Source: Fibrobacteria bacterium (GTDB taxonomy: Bacteria > Fibrobacterota > Fibrobacteria > UBA11236). Taken from it: DNA of 64,000 bases. The position numbers and the translations under genes are program-made. Location: assembly GCA_043745805.1 (NCBI GenBank), contig JAYTSD010000032.1, positions 32,001 through 96,000 of the forward strand. The letters are read 5' to 3'. Of the stretch, positions 1 through 8,670 are shown one piece after another; position 1 is the first letter of the stretch, and each line of letters opens with the position of its first letter. The notes under the pieces were generated by a model, which saw only the letters and a program-made list of their open reading frames with translations, was not told the DNA's origin and did no database searches.

Positions 1-650
1 AGTTTAGCATTTGCCTCCACATCTTCATTTGAAGGTTTTTCATTTGCAAAAGCTTTTTCTACACGCTTTGCTAAGATATTTTTTGCTTCGCTGCCGTCTG
101 CCGTATTCATGACTTGTTGAATATCATAGGACAAGCCTGCCAATAAAAGTCCGGTTTGTCCGCCAACACTATGACCGATAAAATAAATTTTACTCGTATC
201 CACAATGGGTTGAAATGAAGATTTTCTAGCAATAGTCCAATCTATTACTTCTGTTACTACTAATGCGCGTTTCCAAAATCGAAAAAGTTCACCTTCTTTA
301 AAATCTTCTTTTGCTTGATGATCATGATGTGGCGCGATGACGATATATCCCTTTTGAGCTAAAGCTACGGCCAACCAAGGATAAGAAGTTTCTGTTCCTA
401 ATATTCCATGAGACAAAATTATTAGGGGGAATTTTTTTTGATCAGGTAATATCGCGTTTTCAATTAAGCTTACTTTTTTCGTAAAAGGTAAGGGGACATA
501 GCGAACTTCGGTTAAGCCTTGCTGTTGTTTTGTTGGATACCAAGCATGTGCGGAAAATTCATCCGTTTTTATTTTAATATGACCTGCTTCGTAAGCATGG
601 GAAAAGATGACGAAAAAAAACAAAAAAATAATAGTAGGGGAGAATTTCAT
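1..650 (-). CDS. Secreted alpha/beta hydrolase (dienelactone hydrolase/PAF-acetylhydrolase-like), runs off the window start
   Basis: Not in the ORF track. Manual translation from ATG at 650 gives MKFSPTIIFLFFFVIFSHA (signal peptide), AWYP, FPLIILSHG, LAQKGYIVIAP and nucleophile elbow IGHSVGG. Starts 2 bp after the TetR stop. Confidence 0.8.
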   Translation of the reverse strand, partial: MKFSPTIIFLFFFVIFSHAYEAGHIKIKTDEFSAHAWYPTKQQQGLTEVRYVPLPFTKKVSLIENAILPDQKKFPLIILSHGILGTETSYPWLAVALAQKGYIVIAPHHDHQAKEDFKEGELFRFWKRALVVTEVIDWTIARKSSFQPIVDTSKIYFIGHSVGGQTGLLLAGLSYDIQQVMNTADGSEAKNILAKRVEKAFANEKPSNEDVEANAK

Positions 651-652
651 TT

Positions 653-1258
653 TCATTTTTCCTTGGTTTTAATAAAAGTGTTTAATTGATTATAGCAGCT
701 CATTAAAATATTTTCAGATAAGTCATTTCCTCTTGCGCCACGAGCAAGAATTATTCCTCCTACACAAGTAGACATTAGCGCTGAAAATTCAGGTTCAGTT
801 ATTTTAAAATTTTCGTCAGAAAATATTTTGCAACGATCGGCTGCATATTTATGAAATTCAATAGCAAATAAAGTCTGCATAGCTTTAGAATTTTTCCCCA
901 TTTCCGTGGTCATTGCAGGCAATGGACAACCTTGACCGGTTTTGTCATAATCGCGATGTTGGGTACTTAAATAAATTTTAAGAAAAGCGCGTAACTTAGG
1001 AGCTCCACTTAAATTAGAGGGGATTGCTGCTAAGGTTTGTTTCCCTGCCTCTGCAATAGCATATTGAAATGTTTCTGCAACCAAAGCTTCTTTAGATTTG
1101 AAATGCGCATAGAATCCGCCTACCGTGAGGCCCGCTTCTTGCATGACTTTAGCCACACTCCCTGCTTTAATCCCATTTTTCCGCAATAGTTTAGCGCTCG
1201 CGGCTAAAATTTTTTCATGAGTTTCTTGTTTTTGTAGAATCGACATTTGGTTTTCCAT
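653..1258 (-). CDS. TetR/AcrR family transcriptional regulator
   Basis: N-terminal HTH SVAKVMQEAGLTVGGFYAHFKSKEAL and C-terminal GCPLPA motif typical of this TetR subfamily. The true start may be the second Met. Confidence 0.92.
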   Translation of the reverse strand: MENQMSILQKQETHEKILAASAKLLRKNGIKAGSVAKVMQEAGLTVGGFYAHFKSKEALVAETFQYAIAEAGKQTLAAIPSNLSGAPKLRAFLKIYLSTQHRDYDKTGQGCPLPAMTTEMGKNSKAMQTLFAIEFHKYAADRCKIFSDENFKITEPEFSALMSTCVGGIILARGARGNDLSENILMSCYNQLNTFIKTKEK

Positions 1259-1290
1259 ATATTATAACTATAATATTATAGTTATAATAT
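1259..1290. promoter_or_regulatory. Perfect 32-bp palindrome, probable TetR operator
   Basis: ATATTATAACTATAAT|ATTATAGTTATAATAT lies immediately upstream of the TetR gene, between it and divergent msrA. Confidence 0.7.
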
Positions 1291-1359
1291 TAAATGATTG
1301 GGTGGGAAAAGATGATTTTTATTTCCTTTACTTTTTATCTTAAATTCTAGGGGTACTTT

Positions 1360-1830
1360 ATGCAAAAAGCAACATTTGGCGCAGGCTGTTTTTGGGGAGT
1401 AGAATTAACCTTTCAAAAAACTCCGGGAGTTTTATCTACGCAAGTGGGTTATACGGGCGGTTGGAAAGAAAGTCCTACCTACAAAGATGTTTGCTATGAA
1501 GACACCGGCCATGCTGAAGTTGTAGAAGTTACTTTTGATCCCTCACAAGTGGATTATAAAACATTATTGGAAATTTTTTGGGAGAATCATAATCCCACCA
1601 CTTTAAATCGCCAAGGCCCTGATACAGGAACGCAATATCGTTCCGCGATATTTTTCCATGATGAAATGCAGAAAAATATTGCTACGGAATCTAAAAATCA
1701 AAAACAGACTTCTGGGAAATACCGTAACCCCATTGTCACTGAAATTGTACCTGCGGTAACTTTTTATCGAGCAGAAGAATATCATCAGCAATATTTGGAA
1801 AAACGTGGTTTAGGTAATTGTCATATTTGA
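1360..1830 (+). CDS. msrA: Peptide methionine sulfoxide reductase A
   Basis: GAGCFWG active site, [22 protein letters not shown]. Confidence 0.97.
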   Translation: MQKATFGAGCFWGVELTFQKTPGVLSTQVGYTGGWKESPTYKDVCYEDTGHAEVVEVTFDPSQVDYKTLLEIFWENHNPTTLNRQGPDTGTQYRSAIFFHDEMQKNIATESKNQKQTSGKYRNPIVTEIVPAVTFYRAEEYHQQYLEKRGLGNCHI

Positions 1831-1840
1831 TCCAATAAAA

Positions 1841-1868
1841 AGGGTGTAGCTAAATTGAGCTTCACCCT
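1841..1868. terminator. Probable intrinsic terminator between convergent genes
   Basis: AGGGTGTAGCT-loop-AGCTTCACCCT stem preceded by an A-run (U-tract on the minus strand). Confidence 0.55.
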
Positions 1869-1898
1869 AAAAATTAAATTTTATTCAAGTTTTTAAAC

Positions 1899-3602
1899 TT
1901 AATGCGTAAAGTTCGAGGGCGTAAATGATAATTGCGAAATCGTTGGAGACGAAACCAAACTATTTAAATCAATTGCGCGGCGATCTAAATCATTGAATGT
2001 GCGTGTTACCGTAGGAACAACTGGGTCTTGAACGGTTTCTCCTGTTAAAAATCCCGCTAAAACTGCAACTGAAGCGCGAGCTCTAGGATTTACTTGCAAA
2101 AAAGTTGTTCTCACTTCGCGACCATGGCAACCATTGCAAGTATTTAAGGACACTAAGTGACGGGCTTCGTTATTTACAATTCCGGGAGCACTCCAAAAGT
2201 CAATTTGATTTGTGGAGTGGCCGCCACGGAAGGGGACACTATCAAAAACAAGCGGAACAATATTGGTACCAGCTAAGATTTGCGCTTCATTTTGGTTTAC
2301 GTATTTGGCAAATGTAGTACTGTGATTGAATTTATTGGCCGGTGTTTGTTTGGTGTCTACTTGAAAAAATAACCCCGCATCGGCTCTTGGTGCTTTGGCA
2401 ATATTAAATTCACGTAACTCCCAAGGTCCGGCTAAGGCAATTTCATTGGTGCGCATGCGTATGATTTCGCTTCCATTGGCTCTGCCAAAAGCTAATCCAG
2501 CATCGGCTTTCACAACACTTTCGGTAATTTTTTGTAAAGAATCACGGTAAGCGCCAGAATTTAAGGTCATGGTATTAAGATCGACCCACTTTTGTGCATA
2601 GGCTTTAGCCGAAGCAGCATTAGAGCGGTCTACCGCATATTCCATGATAAAAGTGAAATTAGGAATTATTTGACAGGAGCCATCTGCAACTTTAGTATCT
2701 AAGTCAAGCACTCCCCAAACAAACCGTAATTCACCCGCCAAGCCTTCGCCAAAAAATAAATTTTGTCTTAAATCCACACGATTAACAATACCTAATAAGC
2801 GAAAGGGTGCTTTGTTCATTGCCAAGCGGCCAGTATTTCCGCTCGCCCGCAACCAAGGATCAGTAACCCTTGTTCGAATAGCGGCGCGTGCTGGAACGAT
2901 ATCCCCATTTACCGTTAATGAAGTTTCCCATTTAGAGAGAATCGACATGGCTAAGTCATGCGGTGACTTTCCGGTTTTGGAAGTGTTCGCCATTTGAGTT
3001 AATAAATAACCAAAAGTCCATTTTTTTGTTGAGTCCTTTACACTAGTACTTTTACAAGGATCGGAAGTGCGAAAGCTATTATTCACCACGGAAAGATCAC
3101 GGATGAAAAGCGTTTTTTCCGCGTCCAAATTGGTACTCGCGGTTAATGCCGCAGCCGTAAGTTCCGTTGGCGAAGTCGTTGCCAAAGCTTGTACTGAGCT
3201 AGGAGTACCCGATGATTTCAGTTGAACCTGATGATTAACTAATTCATTTAAATCAATATTGATAAGCGCTGAATAAATTCCATCTTTGGCGGCATCATCA
3301 CCTAAACCATCATCATGTAAGGTGACAATTCCTTCTTGATAAATAATATCCAATGCTTTGGGAAGATTCACCTCTTCAAATTGAACCTTGAGCAAGCCCT
3401 TTTCAAGGCCTGATTGAATACCCATTGGGGTTACGGTAACCGAAGATGTCTTGGGAGGGTTTGTCCGTAAATCGCGACCTGGGATTTGTGTGGCTACGGA
3501 TTTTTCTAAAGTAGGAGAGGCGGCCAGCGTATTTAGAGGTAATGAGGATAAGGTACATGCTAAAAGACTGTACTGGAACAAAGATTTTTTTTTGCTAAAC
3601 AT
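1899..3602 (-). CDS. Secreted protein with choice-of-anchor X-like motif and C-terminal CxxCH (possible c-type heme) domain
   Basis: Signal peptide; LHDDGLGDDAAKDGIYSA; APFRLLGIVNRVDL...GELRFVW; SLNTCNGCHG. Confidence 0.6.
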   Translation of the reverse strand: MFSKKKSLFQYSLLACTLSSLPLNTLAASPTLEKSVATQIPGRDLRTNPPKTSSVTVTPMGIQSGLEKGLLKVQFEEVNLPKALDIIYQEGIVTLHDDGLGDDAAKDGIYSALINIDLNELVNHQVQLKSSGTPSSVQALATTSPTELTAAALTASTNLDAEKTLFIRDLSVVNNSFRTSDPCKSTSVKDSTKKWTFGYLLTQMANTSKTGKSPHDLAMSILSKWETSLTVNGDIVPARAAIRTRVTDPWLRASGNTGRLAMNKAPFRLLGIVNRVDLRQNLFFGEGLAGELRFVWGVLDLDTKVADGSCQIIPNFTFIMEYAVDRSNAASAKAYAQKWVDLNTMTLNSGAYRDSLQKITESVVKADAGLAFGRANGSEIIRMRTNEIALAGPWELREFNIAKAPRADAGLFFQVDTKQTPANKFNHSTTFAKYVNQNEAQILAGTNIVPLVFDSVPFRGGHSTNQIDFWSAPGIVNNEARHLVSLNTCNGCHGREVRTTFLQVNPRARASVAVLAGFLTGETVQDPVVPTVTRTFNDLDRRAIDLNSLVSSPTISQLSFTPSNFTH

Positions 3603-4083
3603 ATTTTTCCTTGGTGTTAGTTATTTTTAATAAAGAATTTCGAATCCAATGCTTTTAGATAACAGAATCCCCCTCTCTTTTTAGAGATGTTCAAATTAAG
3701 GACAAACAAATTTCTAGCGCATACAACGATTAAGTGTTGTATTAAAAACGGAAATTATTTTTAGGCAATCGATTAATGCGAAAGTCTTTTCTTTTTTCAG
3801 TAACCGCGTCAATAATTATTAAGACGAATATCGTTTAGGCTAAGGTAACCAAAAAATATTTATGTTACGGTACCCTAAATTATCAATGTTCGACTTAACT
3901 AACATTAAGATACATCGGTTTTTTAGTTTCGCCACGTTTTTTTTAAATATCACAAAAATTTTTAATTAAAGTCGAGGACAAAAAATCCTCAATTTAGATT
4001 AACTATAATGTTTTTAACGGTAACATATAGGTTAATAAGGTTAAAGTAGGGAATGAATTAACACAGGTGAATAACATGACAAT

Positions 4084-4117
4084 AAAAAAGCGAAGTTCTG
4101 TAAAGAACCTCGCTTTT
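4084..4117 (-). terminator. Intrinsic terminator of ssb
   Basis: Minus strand AAAAGCGAGGTTCT-TTAC-AGAACTTCGCTTTTTT, about 20 bp after the ssb stop. Confidence 0.75.
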
Positions 4118-4138
4118 GGCAAACAAAAATATGTTTGA

Positions 4139-4642
4139 TTAAAATGGCAAATCGTCTTCAGCCATGGGAGGTACACTCGAAGGAGCATAGCTATCCGATT
4201 TTCCGCCACGCGAATAACCGCCGCCATTACCACCATTATTTCCGCCACCATTACTACTAGTGTTGTCATTAGAGCGGAAACTTTCGCCGCCTTGTCCTGC
4301 ACCAGCACCGCCAGGGCGACCTAATAACACCATAGAATCGCCAATGATTTCCGTGGTATAACGTTTTTGTTGATTGGCATCTTCCCAAGAACGGGTTTGC
4401 AAACGCCCTTCAATATAGACTTGGCCGCCTTTATGCAAATATTTTTCGGCGACTTCCGCCAAGCCGCGCCAAAGCACAATATTATGCCATTCGGTTTTGT
4501 CGACTTTTTGTCCATTTTTGTCGGTATAACTTTCGGTTGTAGCGATAGAAAAGTTCGCCACCTTCGCACCAGAGGGGATAGCGCGCACTTCAGGGTCTTT
4601 TCCCAAATTGCCAATAAGCATGACTTTATTTAATGATCCCAT
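4139..4642 (-). CDS. ssb: Single-stranded DNA-binding protein
   Basis: [34 protein letters not shown], Gly-rich linker, acidic tip EDDLPF. Confidence 0.98.
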   Translation of the reverse strand: MGSLNKVMLIGNLGKDPEVRAIPSGAKVANFSIATTESYTDKNGQKVDKTEWHNIVLWRGLAEVAEKYLHKGGQVYIEGRLQTRSWEDANQQKRYTTEIIGDSMVLLGRPGGAGAGQGGESFRSNDNTSSNGGGNNGGNGGGYSRGGKSDSYAPSSVPPMAEDDLPF

Positions 4643-4790
4643 TTTTCATTCCTTCTCCCCGGTTTTCACGCAGGGGCAAATTGATTTCGTTTAACAAGTA
4701 TCTCTATTACATAATAAGAGTTTTTGGCCTTCGATTTCCGAGCAGGGTATTTATCTTTGCAGAAACTATCCTTCGAGGAAATTTAACCGT

Positions 4791-5894
4791 ATGAAAAAGT
4801 ACAAAAGTCCGGTCAGCCTCCCCATCGATAGGCTAGATAAAATTTGGCCTGTCGAATTAAAAATGGCGCGTATCGGGGCGGTTTTGCATCCGGCCTCAAT
4901 TTCTGCAAATTTAACGCATAGCGCGGATATTTTAAAAAGCTGGGATGGTAAACTTTTTCATTTGCACGCTTTATTTGGACCGCAACATGGCTATCTCGGT
5001 CAAACGCAAGATAATATGATCGAATGGCGCAGCTATAATCATCCCCAGTGGAATATTCCCGTGCATAGTCTTTATGGCGAGTATCGCGAACCGAGTCCCG
5101 AAATGTTGGCAGGTCTTGATGCTTTAGTGGTCGATATGCAGGATGTTGGCGCACGCTATTACACTTTCATTTGGACTTTATACTTATGCATGAAAGCTTG
5201 TGAAAAGGCCGGCATTCCGGTTGTGGTTTTAGATAGACCTAATCCATTAGGGGTAACTCGTGAAGGACCTCTATTAAATCCGGAGTATCGCTCTTTTGTG
5301 GGATTGCATCCCATTCCCGTGCGTCATGGCAAAACCATTGGTGAACTCGCTTGGCAATTTAAAGCCGAAGCCTTTCCTAAATGCGAAGTGAAAGTACTCA
5401 CAATGGACAATTGGGAAGCGGAAATGTGGTTCGATGAAACGGGTTTACCTTGGGTGTTACCTTCTCCTAATATGCCCACTTTGGATACGGCCATAGTTTA
5501 TCCGGGCATGTGTTTATTTGAGGCGACCAATATTAGTGAAGGACGCGGTACCACCAAGCCTTTCGAATTATTCGGCGCACCTTTTATTGAAGCTAATGTT
5601 TTCGCTAAAAAAATGAATGCTTTAGATTTACCCGGCACTTATTTTCGGGAGGCATATTTTCAACCGACTTTTCACAAATTTAAAGGCGAGCTTTGTGACG
5701 GTTTACAAATTCACGTTTTAGATCGCGATACTTATTTGCCTTATCAAACGGCGATTGAAATTATAAAAATGTTACGTCAGGAATATGGCGAACAATTTCA
5801 ATGGAAACAGCCACCTTATGAATATGAGTATACGCATCTTCCCATAGAAGTTTTAATCGGTGGCCCGGTTCAGGAGGTATTTCCCAATGGCTAA
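4791..5894 (+). CDS. namZ: DUF1343 family exo-beta-N-acetylmuramidase (NamZ-like)
   Basis: LFGPQHG, HSLYG, DMQDVGARYYTFIWT, VLDRPNP, PSPNMPT, SEGRGTTKPFE. No obvious signal peptide. Confidence 0.88.
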   Translation: MKKYKSPVSLPIDRLDKIWPVELKMARIGAVLHPASISANLTHSADILKSWDGKLFHLHALFGPQHGYLGQTQDNMIEWRSYNHPQWNIPVHSLYGEYREPSPEMLAGLDALVVDMQDVGARYYTFIWTLYLCMKACEKAGIPVVVLDRPNPLGVTREGPLLNPEYRSFVGLHPIPVRHGKTIGELAWQFKAEAFPKCEVKVLTMDNWEAEMWFDETGLPWVLPSPNMPTLDTAIVYPGMCLFEATNISEGRGTTKPFELFGAPFIEANVFAKKMNALDLPGTYFREAYFQPTFHKFKGELCDGLQIHVLDRDTYLPYQTAIEIIKMLRQEYGEQFQWKQPPYEYEYTHLPIEVLIGGPVQEVFPNG

Positions 5895-6783
5895 ATCCTT
5901 AACTGCTTATTTACTTTGTGCTGGACATGGCATGCGGCTGCGGCCATTTACCAATCGAACACCTAAGCCCTTGGTTACTTTTTTAGGCAAAACGGCTTTG
6001 GAATTAAATACCTGGACGGTGAAAAATCTTTATCCTTCACGATTAATTTGCAATGTGCATCATCAATGGGAATTGGTGGAGCGCGAGGCACGCCGTTTAG
6101 GCGTTGATGTAATTTATGAAAATGATATTTTAGGCACGGGTGGCTGCTTATGGAATGCCCTGCATATTTTAGAATCTACAGATCATTTTTTAATTCACAA
6201 TGGTGATATACTTCACGATATTGATGTTTATGCATTGCTTGCGCAACATGAGGCGAGCGGTAATATTGCTACGTTGGCAGGTGCATTTCGTCCTTCACAT
6301 AATACTTTGAGTTGCAGCGAGGGAAGTGAATTGCTCGGCATACATGGTTATGAATCCTTTAATTATAGTGATGAAATGACGCGCCGTACCTTTTCTGGAA
6401 TTGCAGTTTATAATCGTGAATTTTTACGCTATGTCAAAGCCGGTGAGCAAGATATTAAACGTTACTGGATGGATGCTTTGAACGCAGGCGAGCATATTGG
6501 TATTTATAATATTTCTCAAGAGTCCATGTGGTTTGATTTCGGTACACCACAAGGTTTATGGAATGCGGCCAAATGGGTGATGGATAATGCCGGCGAATTT
6601 AGTTACCGTTACAATCCCAGTATGCGTGAGAATCGTCCTTATGTCAGCAATGAAGTAGGCCAAGATGATTTACCGGATTTTATGCGCAATGTTTTGATCT
6701 ATGAAGAAACTCGTTTACCTATTCCTCAAGACACGAACAATTGCATTTTGGGAATGGATTTCAAATGGAATATTGAACCTTAA
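5887..6783 (+). CDS. Sugar-phosphate nucleotidyltransferase, MurU-like
   Basis: LCAGHGMRLRPFT...PKPL, LGTGG, HNGDILHD, WFDFGTP. ATG at 5887 overlaps the namZ stop (ATGGCTAA) and is preferred over the ORF-track start at 5860. Confidence 0.8.
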   Translation: MAKSLTAYLLCAGHGMRLRPFTNRTPKPLVTFLGKTALELNTWTVKNLYPSRLICNVHHQWELVEREARRLGVDVIYENDILGTGGCLWNALHILESTDHFLIHNGDILHDIDVYALLAQHEASGNIATLAGAFRPSHNTLSCSEGSELLGIHGYESFNYSDEMTRRTFSGIAVYNREFLRYVKAGEQDIKRYWMDALNAGEHIGIYNISQESMWFDFGTPQGLWNAAKWVMDNAGEFSYRYNPSMRENRPYVSNEVGQDDLPDFMRNVLIYEETRLPIPQDTNNCILGMDFKWNIEP

Positions 6784-8597
6784 AAATTATTTTTCCCCAA
6801 CGCATCGAATGATTTAATAGGATTCGTTTCTCCCGAAAGAAAATTAAATTTCACCACTCCATCCACTAAACTAAAACGTGAGAACTTTTTTTTTCCAAAA
6901 TCCAATTTTGCCCTTTTTACTTCTGTAGTAATAGAATACTCATAAGCCCCAATATCATATCCATTGGCCTCTGGACGGGCAAGTAAGATATCAAAATCAT
7001 TATTCACCAAAGAAGAGACGGCGGAAGATCCGGCATTAACCGCTGGGCTACTGGAATGAATATGAAAGTCACCGCTATTATTTAAAAATAAAGGATCACC
7101 GGTAATGGGGCTCGCATCAAAGGTAAAGGTTCCCTTGCCCCCATTCCATAAATTATTGGAAATGATTCCCATGTCCGACCCAATGCCATTGGAGCCGCCA
7201 TTATACGGTGTTCCAGAATGTGGCGAAAAAATATTGTTTTGCATATTAAGTGCATTAATCCCTAAACTCCAGTCATTCATGACTGCGCCATAATTAGCAT
7301 TGCCCGTAGTATCGGTATTATTAAAAGTATTATTCCAAACTTTGCAGCCAAGTAAGGTATTGGTATTAAAACGAATTCCCGCTACCGAAGTATTATAAAC
7401 CACATTATTAAATATACTAACGCTATTTCGCGAACCATCGGCAATATTTATACCATGCTTACTCACATCATGAATCATATTGTGATGAAAATTCACGCTA
7501 TCACAAAAGTCCGAACCATTACCGCCATTGACATAAATCTGAAAACCATTCCCACTTTTAATATGATGAATATGATTATAGGCGATTTCATAACTTCCTT
7601 TTCCATCAATATAAATGCCATGGCTAAGTTGATCACCGCCTTGAATATCATGAATATTATTTCCCAGCCAATTTGAATTCGCTCCATTCCCCGTAATACC
7701 AGCCATGCGCGAGGCACTTGCGCCAGCAGTTACTCCGGTATAGGCGGTTAATTCATTATTGACAATGCGCCAATTATCCCCAAATACTTCTTGGCTAATC
7801 GGACCATCATATCCGCCCCCTTCAATGCGTAAATCTGCTATGGTAATCCATTTGCCTGCATTCGGATAATTTTGTCCATTCAGTCCCGATAGACAGCCGC
7901 CGCTATGTCCTGCGGCATCGCCATTAATAAACGCATCTTCTCCAGGATACCCCATGAGGGTAATTGGTCCGTTACCCTCAACTCCATTAGGTGACGTTCC
8001 CGAACCTCCATCTGATTTTTTAAAGCGCAAAAAATATTTTTCAAATCCAATTGAGGAAAAAGTTCCGGCACGGAAAACGAAAAAATCTCCCGGCTTCACG
8101 AGTCCCCAAGCCCCTTTGGATAAATCTGCAAACTGCGGTGTTAAATAAGGATTGTTAAAGCTGCCTGTTGTTGCTGCACTATCATCACCCTTAGGAGTAA
8201 AGAAAAAGATACGTCCAGGATTCACCATAAAAGTTTTATCGACATTTGAGAGAATGTCATTTACAGTTACTTTAATAGGAAGTTTGGTTCCCGGAGTTGG
8301 GTTCCCGATAGCGCCAAGTTGTACGGCTAATTGCTGAATATCATTACGTCCTTTGGAGGCTCGCAGGAAACGATAATTATCCACTTCTACATTATTGAGA
8401 TAAACTTTTACTATGGTTCCAGCGCCTTTTAGCCCAAAGTTTTTTCCGAAAATGGATAAGTAAATACCTTTATTATTTTCTCCACCTGTGATAGGTCCAG
8501 AAATGATATCCGTATAAAGGATAATGGGTGCAGTTTGAGCGAATAATAATACGGGGATTAATGCTATTGCTAATAAGCATAATCGGCAAAGTGACAT
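6780..8597 (-). CDS. Secreted right-handed parallel beta-helix protein with N-terminal Ig-like region and choice-of-anchor Q-like C-terminus
   Basis: Signal peptide; Asn/Ile/His-rich beta-helix repeats (NNIHD, HGIYID, YNHIHH, HNMIHD); DFHIHSSSPAVNAG...DIGAYE; basic tail ending FDALGK. Confidence 0.75.
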   Translation of the reverse strand: MSLCRLCLLAIALIPVLLFAQTAPIILYTDIISGPITGGENNKGIYLSIFGKNFGLKGAGTIVKVYLNNVEVDNYRFLRASKGRNDIQQLAVQLGAIGNPTPGTKLPIKVTVNDILSNVDKTFMVNPGRIFFFTPKGDDSAATTGSFNNPYLTPQFADLSKGAWGLVKPGDFFVFRAGTFSSIGFEKYFLRFKKSDGGSGTSPNGVEGNGPITLMGYPGEDAFINGDAAGHSGGCLSGLNGQNYPNAGKWITIADLRIEGGGYDGPISQEVFGDNWRIVNNELTAYTGVTAGASASRMAGITGNGANSNWLGNNIHDIQGGDQLSHGIYIDGKGSYEIAYNHIHHIKSGNGFQIYVNGGNGSDFCDSVNFHHNMIHDVSKHGINIADGSRNSVSIFNNVVYNTSVAGIRFNTNTLLGCKVWNNTFNNTDTTGNANYGAVMNDWSLGINALNMQNNIFSPHSGTPYNGGSNGIGSDMGIISNNLWNGGKGTFTFDASPITGDPLFLNNSGDFHIHSSSPAVNAGSSAVSSLVNNDFDILLARPEANGYDIGAYEYSITTEVKRAKLDFGKKKFSRFSLVDGVVKFNFLSGETNPIKSFDALGKNNF

Positions 8598-8670
8598 AAA
8601 ATACTCCTTAGAATAAAAGGGAAGAAATAATTTGTAATTTTTCTTTAAAAAGAAGACTTATAGAGATATT

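Noticed and set aside
4003-4308. 101-aa minus-strand ORF
   Set aside because: Alternative frame overlapping the ssb 3' end and its terminator; no recognisable motifs.
5860-5886. ORF-track N-terminal extension of the nucleotidyltransferase
   Set aside because: ATG 5887 overlapping the namZ stop is the more plausible coupled start.
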